64,000 nt of DNA from Ascoidea asiatica JCM 7603. Its lineage: Eukaryota; Fungi; Ascomycota. Positions 46,708 through 57,211 of the stretch are shown here, piece by piece. The notes under the pieces are model-generated. The model did not search any database. It saw nothing but the letters and a program-made list of their open reading frames with translations, and was not told the origin of the DNA. Both the position numbers and the translations under genes were made by a program. Numbering within the stretch: position 1 is the stretch's first letter; the number at the start of each line of letters is the position of its first letter. The DNA lies in contig BCKQ01000001.1 of the NCBI GenBank assembly GCA_001600695.1, positions 352,279 through 416,278 on the forward strand, written 5' to 3'.

Positions 46708-48864
46708 ATGGCTTTAGATACTATAGATTTAAGTGTATTAATGGCTATAGCTGTTGTTACAATCACTTATCTATCAAGAGATAAAATTTCATCAATAATT
46801 TCAAAAAAAAAAAATATAATTCAATCAACTTCAAATTTAATTAAAGATAATAATAATTCAAATATTGAAGATTCAAGAAATATTCTTAAGAAATTAATTA
46901 ATGGTAATTATAAAATTTTAATTGTTTATGGTTCTCAAACTGGTACTGCAGAAGATTATGCAAATAAATTTTCAAAAGAAATTTTAAATAAATTAAATTT
47001 AAAAAATCTTATAATTGATATTGAAGATTATGATTTAAATAATTTAAATGAATTTCCAAATGATATTTTAGTATTTTTTTTTTTCGCAACTTATGGTGAA
47101 GGTGAATTTCCTGATTCTTCTATAGAATTTGAAGATTATTTAAAAAATGATTTAGAAAATGAAATTAAATCAAATATTTTAAATAATTTAAATTTTTCAA
47201 TTTTTGGTTTAGGTAATTCAACTTATGAATTTTTTAATTCATCAAGTGAATTTATAAATAAAATTTTAATTTTAAATGGTGCAAAAAATTTTTCATATTT
47301 TGGTAAAGGTGATGATGGTACAGGTACAATGGATGAAGATTATTTAACTTGGAAAGAAAAAACTATAGAAGAATTAATTAAAAAATTAAATTTATCAAAA
47401 TTAAAAGAATTTAATAAATATATTCCAACAATAAATTTAAATTATAAAATTATTGATGAAAATAAAACATTTTTAGGTGAACCTGATAAAAGTTATTTAC
47501 CACCATTTTCATTTAATAATGAAGTAAATAATGAAAATAAAAATTTATTTCTTGGACCTTTTAATCAAACTCATCCATTTTTATCAAAAATTATAAATTC
47601 AAAAGAATTATTTAATTCAAAAGATAGAAATTGTGTTCATATAGAATTTGATCTTTCAAATTCAAATTTACGTTATTCAACAGGTGATCATTTAGGTATT
47701 ATACCATCAAATTCAATTGAAGATATTAATGAATTTATAAATATTTTTAATTTTAATGAAAATCAATTAAATTCAAATTTTATTATTGAAAATTTATTAA
47801 ATTCAAAAGATGAAGAAAATTTAATTTTAAAAAAAATTCCAAATCAATTAAATTTAAAATCTTTAATAAAATATTATTTAGAAATTTCTGGACCAATTTC
47901 TAGAGATTTTTTAAAATTAATTAATCAATTTTCACCAAATGAAGAAATTTTTAAAAAAATTAATAAATTTGTTAATAATAAAGAATTATATCATAATGAA
48001 ATAATTTTAAAAAAATTAAATCTTTCAAAAATTTTATTAAAATTTTCAAATAATTTAAAATGGGATAAAGTTCCAATAACATTTTTAATTGAAAATTTAC
48101 AAAATTTAAAACCAAGATTTTATTCAATTTCATCATCATCATTAATTGAAAAAAAAATTTGTCATATAACTGTAATTGTTGAAAAAGAAATTTATGAAAA
48201 TAATTTTATCACTGGAGTTACTACAAATTTATTATTAAATATTGAATTAAAACAAAATAATTTAAAAAAACCAAAAAATAATTTAAGAATTAAAAATTAT
48301 GATTTAAATGGACCAAGAAATTTATTTAAAGAATTTAAATTACCAATATTTATTAGAAGAACAAATTTTAAATTACCATCAAATCCAAAATTACCAATAA
48401 TTTTAATTGGACCTGGAACTGGGATTGCACCAATGAGAGGATTTATAAGAGAAAGATATTATCAATTTAAAGAAAAAAGTATAGAAATTGGAAAAATTTT
48501 ATTATTTTTTGGATGTAGAAATTCTAAAGAAGATTTTTTATATAAAGAAGAATGGGATTTTTATAAAAAAGGTTTTGGTTATAATGAAGATAAATTTGAA
48601 ATGATTAATGCATTTTCAAGAGAAATAAAAAATAAAAAAGTATATGTACAAGATAAGATGATTGAGAATAGTGAGAAAATAAATTTATTAATTCAAAATG
48701 GAGGATTTATTTATGTTTGTGGAGATGCAAATAAAATGGCAAAAGATGTTCAAAATACATTTATTAAGATATTTATAAAAGAAAGAAAAATTAATGAGAA
48801 TATTGCAAATGAGATGATTAGAAGTTTTAAAAGTAATAATAAATATCAAGAAGATGTCTGGTGA
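46708..48864 (+). CDS. NCP1: NADPH-cytochrome P450 reductase
   Basis: N-terminal anchor, YGSQTGTAEDYA, ATYGEGE, FGLGNSTYE, PRFYSISSS, IGPGTGIAPMRGF, FFGCR, YVCGDA and terminal YQEDVW. Confidence 0.97.
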   Translation: MALDTIDLSVLMAIAVVTITYLSRDKISSIISKKKNIIQSTSNLIKDNNNSNIEDSRNILKKLINGNYKILIVYGSQTGTAEDYANKFSKEILNKLNLKNLIIDIEDYDLNNLNEFPNDILVFFFFATYGEGEFPDSSIEFEDYLKNDLENEIKSNILNNLNFSIFGLGNSTYEFFNSSSEFINKILILNGAKNFSYFGKGDDGTGTMDEDYLTWKEKTIEELIKKLNLSKLKEFNKYIPTINLNYKIIDENKTFLGEPDKSYLPPFSFNNEVNNENKNLFLGPFNQTHPFLSKIINSKELFNSKDRNCVHIEFDLSNSNLRYSTGDHLGIIPSNSIEDINEFINIFNFNENQLNSNFIIENLLNSKDEENLILKKIPNQLNLKSLIKYYLEISGPISRDFLKLINQFSPNEEIFKKINKFVNNKELYHNEIILKKLNLSKILLKFSNNLKWDKVPITFLIENLQNLKPRFYSISSSSLIEKKICHITVIVEKEIYENNFITGVTTNLLLNIELKQNNLKKPKNNLRIKNYDLNGPRNLFKEFKLPIFIRRTNFKLPSNPKLPIILIGPGTGIAPMRGFIRERYYQFKEKSIEIGKILLFFGCRNSKEDFLYKEEWDFYKKGFGYNEDKFEMINAFSREIKNKKVYVQDKMIENSEKINLLIQNGGFIYVCGDANKMAKDVQNTFIKIFIKERKINENIANEMIRSFKSNNKYQEDVW

Positions 48865-48877
48865 TTTGATTGCTTTC

Positions 48878-48916
<39 letters not shown>

Positions 48917-49196
48917 TAGATAGGTAGATTAGTAGATAATAAAAGAGTAATAGATATGTTTTGGTAAGAATTTGAAAAGTAATTTAAATAATTTATAAAA
49001 TAATCTTTTTGTATTCATTTTGATTGTATATTGAATATATATTATTCATTATTTTATTTGATTATATATCCAGTATATATTATATAATAGATATTTAATA
49101 TATTTAATATATTTAATATATTTAATATGGTTAAATGAATAGAGAGATTTGATTGGCTAATAATAAATATAAAAAGAGAAAAAAGAAAAAAGAAAA

Positions 49197-49278
49197 TGAA
49201 GGAGGCGAGGTTCGAACTTGCCCGGGAACTTCCCAACAGATCTTAAGTCTACCGCCTTAAACCACTCGGCAACCCTCC
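49197..49278 (-). tRNA. tRNA-Leu (anticodon UAA), structurally atypical
   Basis: Minus-strand sequence GGAGGGTTGCCGAGTGGTTTAAGGCGGTAGAC-TTAAGA-TCTGTTGGGAAGTTCCCGGGCAAGTTCGAACCTCGCCTCCTTCA. Long variable arm, intact B box and a T-run terminator. Several deviations from the canonical cloverleaf. Confidence 0.85.
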
Positions 49279-49339
49279 AGATTAATAACAAAGAATAATG
49301 ACAGTAATGTGATAATAAGGACTAAAGACAAAAGTTATT

Positions 49340-49830
49340 TTTATCACTGGCTGTTACCCGAAAATGCATTTGATCACATGACTACTCCAGGTTTAGTTTT
49401 GTGTTTGTGTTTGTGTTTAATTGCAGTGGCTTGACTTGGCCTGATGTGGCTTGGCTCCTCAGGCTTACAGCGGGCTTGGAGCTGAGCCAGCGCAGAGTCC
49501 GGAGAGGAAAGAGCAGCAGGCCTTTTCGCGGGTCAGCAGCAGAATATTCTCTTACTGTCGCTGATTTCGAGTTTCTTCTTGTTTCTTTTTCTTGTATTGT
49601 ATGACCTGTGCTGGAAAACGTGTAAGAGTTTCTGTTCTCAAAACAGGTACTATTTACACAACCCGGTCACATGCCGCACCCGCCATTGTAACTGTACTTG
49701 CACTCTGTACTTCTTCTGCTGCTGCTCACGTCCCGCTACCTCCAGGGCCCTGCCCCGGGAATGCTCCCTGCACAAACAGAACATATTCACATTCCACTAT
49801 TCCACTATTCCACTACTCCACTACTCCAAT
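49340..49830. promoter_or_regulatory. GC-rich promoter island upstream of ISR1
   Basis: High-GC block. Reb1-type TTACCCG (49354-49360), TCACATG twice and ATTCCACT tandem copies. Confidence 0.55.
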
Positions 49831-50134
49831 AGATAAGTGATAAGTATTTAAATAAAGATATGAACACTGAGAAATCTTGAATATATAATATAATATATAA
49901 TATAATGTATAATATAATAGTGTATATAATATAATATAAAGAATAAAGAACATTTCAATATTTAAACACTTTCAAATCTTTCTTTATATCTTTATATCTT
50001 TATATCTTTATATATTTCATTCATATATTTATATTCTTTTTATTCATTACATATTATCATCATTATCATATATATAGTATATATATATATATAGTATATA
50101 TATATAGTATATTACTCATACAAATTACATAAAA

Positions 50135-51460
50135 ATGAGTATTCCATATAATTCAAATTCAAATACAATGACAAATTCATTATCTTCTCCAACTTCAATA
50201 TCTTCTTCAAATTCAATCTCATTCTCAAATTCACTTTCTTCAACTTCATCAACTTCCACTTCAACAAATTCATCATCAAATTCTCCATTATCTTATAATT
50301 CAATAAAAATAGTAACAAATAATAATATTTCAAATTTAGAATCAATTTTAAAATTAAATAAAAATTTATATAATTTAATTATTGATTTTAATAATGGTTT
50401 CTTAGGTCAAGGTTCTTTATCTCATGTTTATAAATCAAATTTATTAAATAAATTATCAAATTCAATTATTCAAATTGCTGTAAAAATTCCAATAACTGAA
50501 AGATTAAATAAAAAATTTTTATCTGAAGCTATAATTTTAAATTATTTAACGCCAAATAATAATATTAACATTAACAATAATAATAATGATAAATTAGAAA
50601 TTCCAATAATTAAATTCTTTGGAATTTATCAATTAATTAAATCTGATTATAATATTATAAGATATAATAAACATTTAGATACTTTATTATTAGAAAAATG
50701 TTCATGTGATTTAAATCATTTTATTAACTTAATTCATCAAAATAATATTAGTTTTAATAATGAATTATTTATTTCAAATAATCTTTGGTGGAAATTAGTT
50801 AAAAATTTAATTGAAGCTTTATTATTACTTAAAAATTTAGATATTATTCATTGTGATTTAAAAACTTCAAATATTCTTTTAAGTTCTTCAATTTCCTCAA
50901 TTGATTCAAATAATTTATCTTCTTTTTTCTCAACCGCCAATACAAATAATAATACAAATAATAATACAAATAATACTTGCTATTTCAAATTAGCTGATTT
51001 TTCTTCTTCTCAATTTAATTCAATACTTTCAAATAACAATAACAATAACAATAACAATATAATAAATCCTCAAACAACTTTACAATTCTCTTCTCCAGAA
51101 TTATTATCAAATCCTCCAATTAATCCAAATTTTAATTCTGATTTATATTCAATTGGTTTAATTTTATTACATTCTGCAATTGGTCAAGAACCTTATTATA
51201 ATCTTTTAAATAATTTAAATATTAATTCAATTCAATTAATTAATTGGATTAAAAAAGGTAATATTTTAAATACTATAGATCCAGAAATTTATTCAAAATT
51301 TTTTAATTTAAAAAATAAAAATTCAGAAATTTTATTAAAATTAATTTTAATTGATAGATTAAATTTAAATCAAATTATTTCTTTCTTAAATTCAATTAAT
51401 ATTAAAATTATTGATTATTCATACCTTTTTAAAAAAAATTTATCTTCCACTCTATTATAA
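50135..51460 (+). CDS. ISR1: Isr1-like atypical Ser/Thr protein kinase
   Basis: LGQGSLSHVY, AVK, EAIILNYL, IIKFFG, WWKL, IIHCDLKTSNIL, LADFSS, TT..F.SPEL, SDLYSIGL and EPY all parallel S. cerevisiae Isr1 as recalled. Confidence 0.8.
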   Translation: MSIPYNSNSNTMTNSLSSPTSISSSNSISFSNSLSSTSSTSTSTNSSSNSPLSYNSIKIVTNNNISNLESILKLNKNLYNLIIDFNNGFLGQGSLSHVYKSNLLNKLSNSIIQIAVKIPITERLNKKFLSEAIILNYLTPNNNININNNNNDKLEIPIIKFFGIYQLIKSDYNIIRYNKHLDTLLLEKCSCDLNHFINLIHQNNISFNNELFISNNLWWKLVKNLIEALLLLKNLDIIHCDLKTSNILLSSSISSIDSNNLSSFFSTANTNNNTNNNTNNTCYFKLADFSSSQFNSILSNNNNNNNNNIINPQTTLQFSSPELLSNPPINPNFNSDLYSIGLILLHSAIGQEPYYNLLNNLNINSIQLINWIKKGNILNTIDPEIYSKFFNLKNKNSEILLKLILIDRLNLNQIISFLNSINIKIIDYSYLFKKNLSSTLL

Positions 51461-51915
51461 TCATTATCCCTATTACCTTTATCCACCTTTTGCACCTTTT
51501 GCATCTTCTATACTTTCTACTTCTACTTTCGCTAATCTAGATTCACTTTAATAATCCTTTATTATATATTATTAGATATCCAATATTCTCTTTGTATCTT
51601 TTTTTATTTCCTCTTATCTCTTATCTCTTATCTCTTCTTTTTCTTTTTCTTTTTCTTTTTCTTTTTTTTGTCTTGTAAATTAATAAATTGTTATATATAT
51701 ATATATATATCCTACAAATAGAATCAAAATAATAATAAAACTAATAATAATAATTGTTCTGTATCAATTTAATAAAATACAATTTTTTCTGTATTATGTT
51801 GCTTAATAAAAATACATTCCTAAATACATTTTTAAATACATTTCTAAATACAAATATATACTAATAATTAAATAGACAATCTTACTTTTAATCTTACTTT
51901 TAATTTTACTTTTTT

Positions 51916-54900
51916 TTACTTCTCTTCAGAATAAATTTGTAATAATTCAATTAAAATTTTCTTAAATTCAAATCTTAATTTTTTTATCTCATTATCTTTT
52001 TTATTATTAACATCTTTACCAAATGAATAATAATCTTCACTTTTTAAAAAATTTTCTAATTCTTCTTCATTTGCAGAATCTCCTGAATCAATTTTATTTA
52101 ATTCATTTAATTCATTTGATAAATCTTTAAAATCATCATCATTAAATCCAAAATCTTTTGTAGATATTTCAATTTCATTCATAGGTTCTGAATACCATTC
52201 TGATGATAAATCTATAATCTCATTTTTCTTACTTTTATTTTTTTCTACATTTTTTTTCCCCTCTTCATTTTTATTATCATTTTCATTATATATCTTTCTT
52301 AATTTTTTTTTTGCAATAATTATTGAATCAACTTCTTTATAAAGTTTTGAAAGATTAATATTTTTATTTTTTAAATTTTCAATTAAAAATTTCTCCATAT
52401 CTGCTTTATAATTCAATTTTTCATCTTTTTGAGTTTTATAAAATTTTAAAAATTCAATAAATCTTTGAAGCCATAAAACTAAATTATCAAATAATCCAGC
52501 TTCATCACTTAAATATAATTTATGAATAAAATCAAAAACAAAATCTTCATATTTCCCTAATAATAAATTTATTAATAAAAAAATCTTATTTGCAGGAATT
52601 AAATAAAAATTATCATAAATATAACTTAATAATAAAATAAAATCATCTAAAAATGATCTTAATTGTTTTAAAGCAATATGAACATCTGCATTTTTTAAAC
52701 AAATTATTAATGGTTCATAAAATATTATAAAACAATCTTTTAACATTCCAATTAAATTTGGTTCACTCCATAATTGTTCTAAAACTTCTTTATCTTTTTT
52801 TCTAGTATAAAGTTTAAATAATTTCTTTAAATTGTCAAATAATTCAAATTCTGTTCCTATTGGAGAAATTTCTTTATTATCTTGCATACTTTTCCAAGAT
52901 TTATAACTTTTTATTAATCTTTTTCTATCACTTTCAGACATATTATAATTAGTAATATCCCATAATGGTTTATCCAAAAGTAAAATTAAAACAAAATCAT
53001 ATTTTCCTTTAAATTTATTCTCATAATTTTCAAGAATATCAGTTTTAATTTTTCTTTCTTTTTTATTTTTTGGATTATTATAATCATGATGATTAATTGA
53101 AACATATAAATTTAAAACTCTTAGGAATTTTTTTGAATCAAAACTAATTTTTTCTTCAATTAAGTTTATTTGATCTTTTATCTTTGCAACATCATCATTT
53201 AAAACTAAAGAAAATAAAGTTTGTAATAAAGATTTTGATCTACTATTCCTAGGAGTATTTGAATCAGTATTTCCAAATAAAAAGCTAGGTTTTAAAATAC
53301 TTAAACTTGGAGGTTGATATAAGAATAAATCAAAGATTTTCTTCATAATCTTTGCAGGGTTTGTAAACTTTAAAATTTGATAAAGAATGGCATAAGGAAA
53401 CAAACTATGAAATTTTTTTAATTGAACAAATAATTCATAATTTTGTAGATTATCATTTGATTGATTATTATTATCATTACTGCTACCATTTTCATTTTTT
53501 TTATTAGTATTATTATTTTTATTTAAATTATTATTGTCATCACTCGATAATTTCAAAATATTAACAGTTGAATCAAAGAATAAATTATAAATTAATGAAG
53601 TTAATTGAAGTTTAAGCCATTTTATAAAAGTTTTTAAAATTGGAGATAATTGTTCAATTGATTCTTTTTCCTTAAATTCATTAAACATTAAAAATAATAT
53701 ATCAACATTATTAAAATTTGTATTTAATAAATAATCTTTTTTATAATTATTTAAAGTATTTTTTAATCTTAAATTACTTTTATAAATTTTATTTTGTACA
53801 AATATTTGATTTTTAAAATTAATTATATCTAATTGTTTTCGGATTAAAATATCATTTTTTTCAGTATCATTAAATTCTTTAATATTACCTTTTGATAAAA
53901 ATTCTTTTAAAATTAAAGAATTTGCAATTTGAGGAATTTTTATTAATGAAATTAAATAAAATTTTAAAAGTATTCTTAAATTTTCTCTCGGTACTTTATT
54001 TAAATTATTTTTTTTTTTTAAAATTTTTGAAGATTTCAAATTACTTTCATCAGTTTTTATTGAACTTAAATCATTTGGAGAATTTAACATTGCAGTTGGA
54101 GAATTTAGGTTAAAATCATTTATATCTGAATCAGAAGAAAATGAAGAATTTGATGAAGAACTTGAACTTATATTTGAGTTTGAATTATCTTTAATATCTT
54201 TATTAGCTAATTTTAAACTATCATATTCTAAATCTTTATAATTTAAATTTGAGTTTGTATTATCATTTTGTTCTTTATTATAATTATACTCATCATTTTT
54301 AAATTTACTTTTACTTTTTTTTGATTTTAAAATATTTGGTCTTCCAATTGATAATAATTTATCTTTTGTTGAAAGTGAAGAAGTTAAAGTTGGAATATCT
54401 TTTGAATCATTATCTAATTTATTACTATTATCAATATTTTGAGGTTCAGTTTGTGGTTGAGTTGATTTTGATTTAGTATCTAAAATATCATTTAAAATTT
54501 TATAAACATCATTTCTTTCATTATTATCTTCAGATTCTGAATCAGATTCATAATCTGAATTTGAATTAAATTCATTTTCATTTTCAAAATCTAAATTATA
54601 ATTATTTGTATTTGTATTTGTATTTGTTGATGTAAAATAATTAGTATTAATTGTTGAAGTACCAATTTTTTTATTATATTTTAAAGGTAAATTAGGTAAA
54701 TTTAAATCTGGAAAAGTTTTATTAAGTATAGAATGAAGTTTTTTAAAATTTGAGTATCTATGATATACATTAAATTCTTGAATTATAAAATCCTCATTAT
54801 TATTTTCAGTTTCACTTTCAACTTCAGTTTCATTTTCATTTTCATTTTCATTTTCATTTTCATTTTCATGTTCATGTTCATGTTCGCGTTCATTAATTTT

Positions 54901-55908
54901 TGTTTTAAATTTAGTTGAGATTATAAATTGATAATATGGATTTTTAATTATACTTTTCTTTTCATATTTATTTTTATTTGAATTGAATATATTTAAAAAA
55001 GAAGATGTTGAGATACTAGTGATATTTGAAATATTACTATTATTACTATTATTACTTGTACTAGAATTAATTATTAAATTATTAATATCTTTTGGTAATT
55101 GAATTTTAACACCAATTATATTAATATTTATTGAATTTATAAAATTTGAATTTTGATAATTATAAATATTATTAATTTGTAAAAAAGATAAATTTTTAAA
55201 ATTAAATTTATTTTTTTTTAAATTTTTTAAAATTAAATTTTTTTCAAAAATTTTATTAAATTTATAATAATTTTTTTCATTAATTGTTGTAATTGAAGAA
55301 TTTAAGAAAATTAATAAAGAATTAAAAAATTTTAAAAAAATTTTTTTACGTTTTGTTAATTCAATTCTATCATTTGTATTACTTAAATTTTTAGTTAAAA
55401 TATAATTATAAAATTTTTTAATTTTTGAATTAAAGAAAATTTCATTATTTAAATTTGATAATATATTAATTTTATCATTTAAATTTAAATTTAAATTTAA
55501 ATCTAAATTTGATTGAATTGTATCAGAATCTTTTAAATTTAATCTATCATCAGTATTTATTAAAAATGGGAAATTTTGAATAAAATTTAAGAAAAAAAAT
55601 TTAAGTAATGGATATTTATAATTATAATCATAATCAAATTTTTTAGTTTGATTTTGATTTTGTTGTTGTTGTTGATTATATTTTTGATTAGATTTTTGAT
55701 TTGTGAATGGATAACCGAAATTATTTAAAAATTCTAAATGATCATTATATAAAGAATCAAATTCATTTTGTAATTGAAGTTTAATCAATTGATTTTTAAG
55801 AAAATGATCTTGTTCTGGAGTTAATAGGTTTTCCATTGAATTATCATTTGATTGATCTATTGGATTATCAATTGGATTATCAATTGAATGATCTATTGAA
55901 GAGTTCAT
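51916..55908 (-). CDS. PX-domain protein, YPR097W/Lec1 family (PXB + PX + DUF3818-type region)
   Basis: LTPEQDHFLK..L..LQ..E, YPLLKFFF..F...FPF, PX motif HRYSNFKKLH..L...FP...LP.LP.K, PRE.LR..L, H..FPY..L..ILKFTNP..IMK...DLFL.QP and SLLQ.LF...L.DD. Confidence 0.85.
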   Translation of the reverse strand: MNSSIDHSIDNPIDNPIDQSNDNSMENLLTPEQDHFLKNQLIKLQLQNEFDSLYNDHLEFLNNFGYPFTNQKSNQKYNQQQQQNQNQTKKFDYDYNYKYPLLKFFFLNFIQNFPFLINTDDRLNLKDSDTIQSNLDLNLNLNLNDKINILSNLNNEIFFNSKIKKFYNYILTKNLSNTNDRIELTKRKKIFLKFFNSLLIFLNSSITTINEKNYYKFNKIFEKNLILKNLKKNKFNFKNLSFLQINNIYNYQNSNFINSININIIGVKIQLPKDINNLIINSSTSNNSNNSNISNITSISTSSFLNIFNSNKNKYEKKSIIKNPYYQFIISTKFKTKINEREHEHEHENENENENENENETEVESETENNNEDFIIQEFNVYHRYSNFKKLHSILNKTFPDLNLPNLPLKYNKKIGTSTINTNYFTSTNTNTNTNNYNLDFENENEFNSNSDYESDSESEDNNERNDVYKILNDILDTKSKSTQPQTEPQNIDNSNKLDNDSKDIPTLTSSLSTKDKLLSIGRPNILKSKKSKSKFKNDEYNYNKEQNDNTNSNLNYKDLEYDSLKLANKDIKDNSNSNISSSSSSNSSFSSDSDINDFNLNSPTAMLNSPNDLSSIKTDESNLKSSKILKKKNNLNKVPRENLRILLKFYLISLIKIPQIANSLILKEFLSKGNIKEFNDTEKNDILIRKQLDIINFKNQIFVQNKIYKSNLRLKNTLNNYKKDYLLNTNFNNVDILFLMFNEFKEKESIEQLSPILKTFIKWLKLQLTSLIYNLFFDSTVNILKLSSDDNNNLNKNNNTNKKNENGSSNDNNNQSNDNLQNYELFVQLKKFHSLFPYAILYQILKFTNPAKIMKKIFDLFLYQPPSLSILKPSFLFGNTDSNTPRNSRSKSLLQTLFSLVLNDDVAKIKDQINLIEEKISFDSKKFLRVLNLYVSINHHDYNNPKNKKERKIKTDILENYENKFKGKYDFVLILLLDKPLWDITNYNMSESDRKRLIKSYKSWKSMQDNKEISPIGTEFELFDNLKKLFKLYTRKKDKEVLEQLWSEPNLIGMLKDCFIIFYEPLIICLKNADVHIALKQLRSFLDDFILLLSYIYDNFYLIPANKIFLLINLLLGKYEDFVFDFIHKLYLSDEAGLFDNLVLWLQRFIEFLKFYKTQKDEKLNYKADMEKFLIENLKNKNINLSKLYKEVDSIIIAKKKLRKIYNENDNKNEEGKKNVEKNKSKKNEIIDLSSEWYSEPMNEIEISTKDFGFNDDDFKDLSNELNELNKIDSGDSANEEELENFLKSEDYYSFGKDVNNKKDNEIKKLRFEFKKILIELLQIYSEEK

Positions 55909-56289
55909 TTTTTTGAATTGATGAATGAGATATAATAGATTATATTAATTCCATAATATTTAAAATATTATACACAAGTATTAAGATACGTAATTTATTG
56001 TAAAATTTGAGATTGTTAAGTTTAGATCAATTGAATTAATACAGATTTAATAAATATTCATTTATTAATTGCATTGATGTATTTGATTGTAAGCCATACT
56101 ATCATATATGAATATTATTGAATTGAATAATGAATTGAATAATGATATCAATTTGATTGAATCATTTGTTTATATTTGCTGAGATTGTAGTAACATTGAA
56201 CTTTGAAGGCTGAAGGTATTAAAAACAGAGATAACTTCATATTATTGTTATTATTATTATTATTAATATTATTATTGTTATTAACTTTT

Positions 56290-56580
56290 GTCATTCCTGT
56301 GTGATTGCTCGTTGTTCACAGAAGAAGAAAAAGATCTGATTTTTTAACTGCGAGTGAATTTTTTTGGGGTGGCGACTGTTTGTGTCTGGCACGGATCTCG
56401 GAAACAGGCACGGAAATAACCACAAAGAGATCCACAGAACTGGCTTTAACATGAATTTCCAGTTTGATGGATACAATGCAGGTAATGTAAGGTTAATGTG
56501 AAAGTAGCACTGGTAGACGTTTACGTGCATCAAGAAAAATTATCAAAATTAAAGTTCGGTCTCGTATGAAAGTGGCAACT
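56290..56580. promoter_or_regulatory. GC-rich divergent promoter (PX protein / J-protein)
   Basis: GC block between head-to-head genes, with GGCACGGA twice. Confidence 0.5.
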
Positions 56581-57211
56581 ATAAAAGTGATAAAGCTTGA
56601 TTTTTTCATTGTCCAAGCAATTATGATTGAAATTAAGCTTAAGCTTTGGCACCATAATTAAAGTTTGAGAATATCAATCAAAAATGTCATTGTAAAATAC
56701 TATGAAACAATATCATTGGTCAATATCACCTTTGAGAATACCAATTTAAAATATAATATCAGTATTTTATTATTTCTTCAGCAATAATAAATCAATTGCT
56801 TTTATATTCTAATTCAAATTAATGAAAATAAATATATTTTGTCTTGAATACATTATTATTTTTCTTTGATTATTTTTTTGCTTTATCATTGATTTATCAT
56901 TGCTTTTTCAATTAAATTTTTGATTGAATTAACTACTGAAAATATAATATTTGTATGATAATAATTATTTTATTTCAATTTAATTAGAGCAAATAATTCG
57001 AATTCTTTTTTTTGATTTATTTTATTTATAAATATTAATATAAATAAGACATTAATTCCTTCTTTTAATTCTTTTCTTCAGATCTTTTTAATATTATCAA
57101 ATTTATTCTCTTCTTTAAAATCACTATATTATCTTATCTTATTTCATACTGATATACAATATTATATAACTAATAATACTTAAAATACTTAAAATACTTA
57201 AAATACTTAAA

